64,000 bases of DNA from Lingula anatina (lineage: Eukaryota > Animalia > Brachiopoda). The stretch is from NCBI GenBank assembly GCA_051362555.1, contig CM120642.1, forward strand, positions 26,102,001 to 26,166,000. Direction: 5' to 3'. This document shows positions 63,401-64,000 of this stretch, one piece after another (the first letter of the stretch is position 1; the number at the start of each line of letters is the position of its first letter). Below the pieces are notes generated by a model. It saw only the letters and a program-made list of their open reading frames with translations, did no database searches and was not told the origin of the DNA. Made by a program: the position numbers and the translations under genes.

Positions 63401-63981
63401 CCACTGTATTTAAGTCTCTGTCATAGACATTTTTATATAAATAATTTTCATACTTATTGTCCTGGCTCATGATTAAAGCTCTGGCAGTTCTTCTCAAGAT
63501 ATAGGTTCCACCAAACACTGCACACATCCTGAAAAAATCAACATAAAAATTTACTTTTCATTTGGGACTGGCTGGACAAGAGAAGGAAAAAATATCTAAA
63601 AAAAAAAAAAAAACAAATGACGTTAGAACAAAAGAGGGGAATGAATTTCATCAATTTCGGCTTCAATTAAATAAATGTGTTGAAATATCTAATTTTTTGC
63701 AGTTAATTACATAGCTACTCAAATAACTTGTCTGTGCCCAATAACCATCCATTTACACAATTTAAAGACATTGCCATGCAATATTACAAGTGGAAATTAT
63801 CTGCACACTTTCTAAAATTTTTGATATTGAAACACCAGTGTGGGCTCCAAATATTAGTACTGGTTTTAACTTGCCTGCAGAAACACTGTGGAAGCTCTCC
63901 GCTGCCATACAGAGGCCAAAGAAAGGGAGTATTGCCATACCGTCCAATGGACTGAAGGAAGCGTTTTGTTCTTCTTAAACC
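57481..63981 (-). CDS. CHM: Rab escort protein (Rab GGTase component A; CHM/REP-1 homolog), 3' part
   Basis: Phase-consistent exons (minus): 63981-63875, 63528-63454, 63285-63241, 59654-59592, 59286-59226, 58935-58839, 58617-58528, 58172-58012, 57705-57481 (TAG). Spliced protein [31 protein letters not shown]...[10 protein letters not shown]...CPKGLHVVHLTC...[10 protein letters not shown]...[21 protein letters not shown] matches REP hallmarks. The gene continues beyond the window end. Confidence 0.93.
59710..63062 (-). mobile_element. Non-autonomous Helentron-type element (HINE/DINE-like) with internal satellite, in CHM intron
   Basis: 14-bp subterminal IRs attgtaccaccagc (59746-59759) / gctggtggtacaat (63048-63061); 5' hairpin gtaccgccagcg-ctaa-cgctggtggtac; GC-rich 9-bp repeat ccggcggag x3 (~62978); 3' hairpin gaggcg-atac-cgcctc (59725-59740) then CTAG and a T-run on the minus strand. 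Confidence 0.8.
59915..62070. repeat. 146-bp tandem satellite, ~14.7 copies, with A-B-C higher-order variants
   Basis: atggtg(a/t)aaagtaggtcaaaggtc recurs (minor variants in a few copies) at 60051, 60197, 60343 ... 61949 at exactly 146-bp spacing. Confidence 0.97.
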
Positions 63982-64000
63982 CTAAGAAGAATCGTAAATA

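Noticed and set aside
63237-63527. 96-aa ORF as a single exon
   Set aside because: It reads through a 168-bp GT-AG intron (63453-63286); only the two ends match REP.

Overview
AT-rich, intron-containing animal genomic DNA from an invertebrate bilaterian; the repeat types are mollusc/lophotrochozoan-like, which is an inference. Splicing exons by hand and checking phase gives seven host genes: the 3' part of a mei-P26/NHL-2-type TRIM-NHL gene (+, ends 5451, then about 5.6 kb of probable 3'UTR); beta-sarcoglycan (-, CDS 11926-16382) head-to-head with SPATA18/Mieap (+, 21059 to 32692 or 33938) across a ~200-bp bidirectional promoter; an intronless ZIP1/2/3-type metal transporter (-); two tandem SLC10A3/A5-like transporters (-); and the 3' half of Rab escort protein (CHM/REP, -), which has a GC-AG intron. 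Mobile DNA: a TTAA-flanked Kolobok-like non-autonomous element; an ISL2EU/PIF-Harbinger element (THAP-DDE transposase with one nonsense codon, truncated second ORF) with a nested ~240-bp palindrome; a Tc1 relic; several MITE-like fragments; and a 3.35-kb Helentron-type (HINE) element whose 146-bp satellite carries an extended nuclear-receptor DR1 site in most monomers. All identifications come from motif recognition and recalled homologs; no database searches were run.
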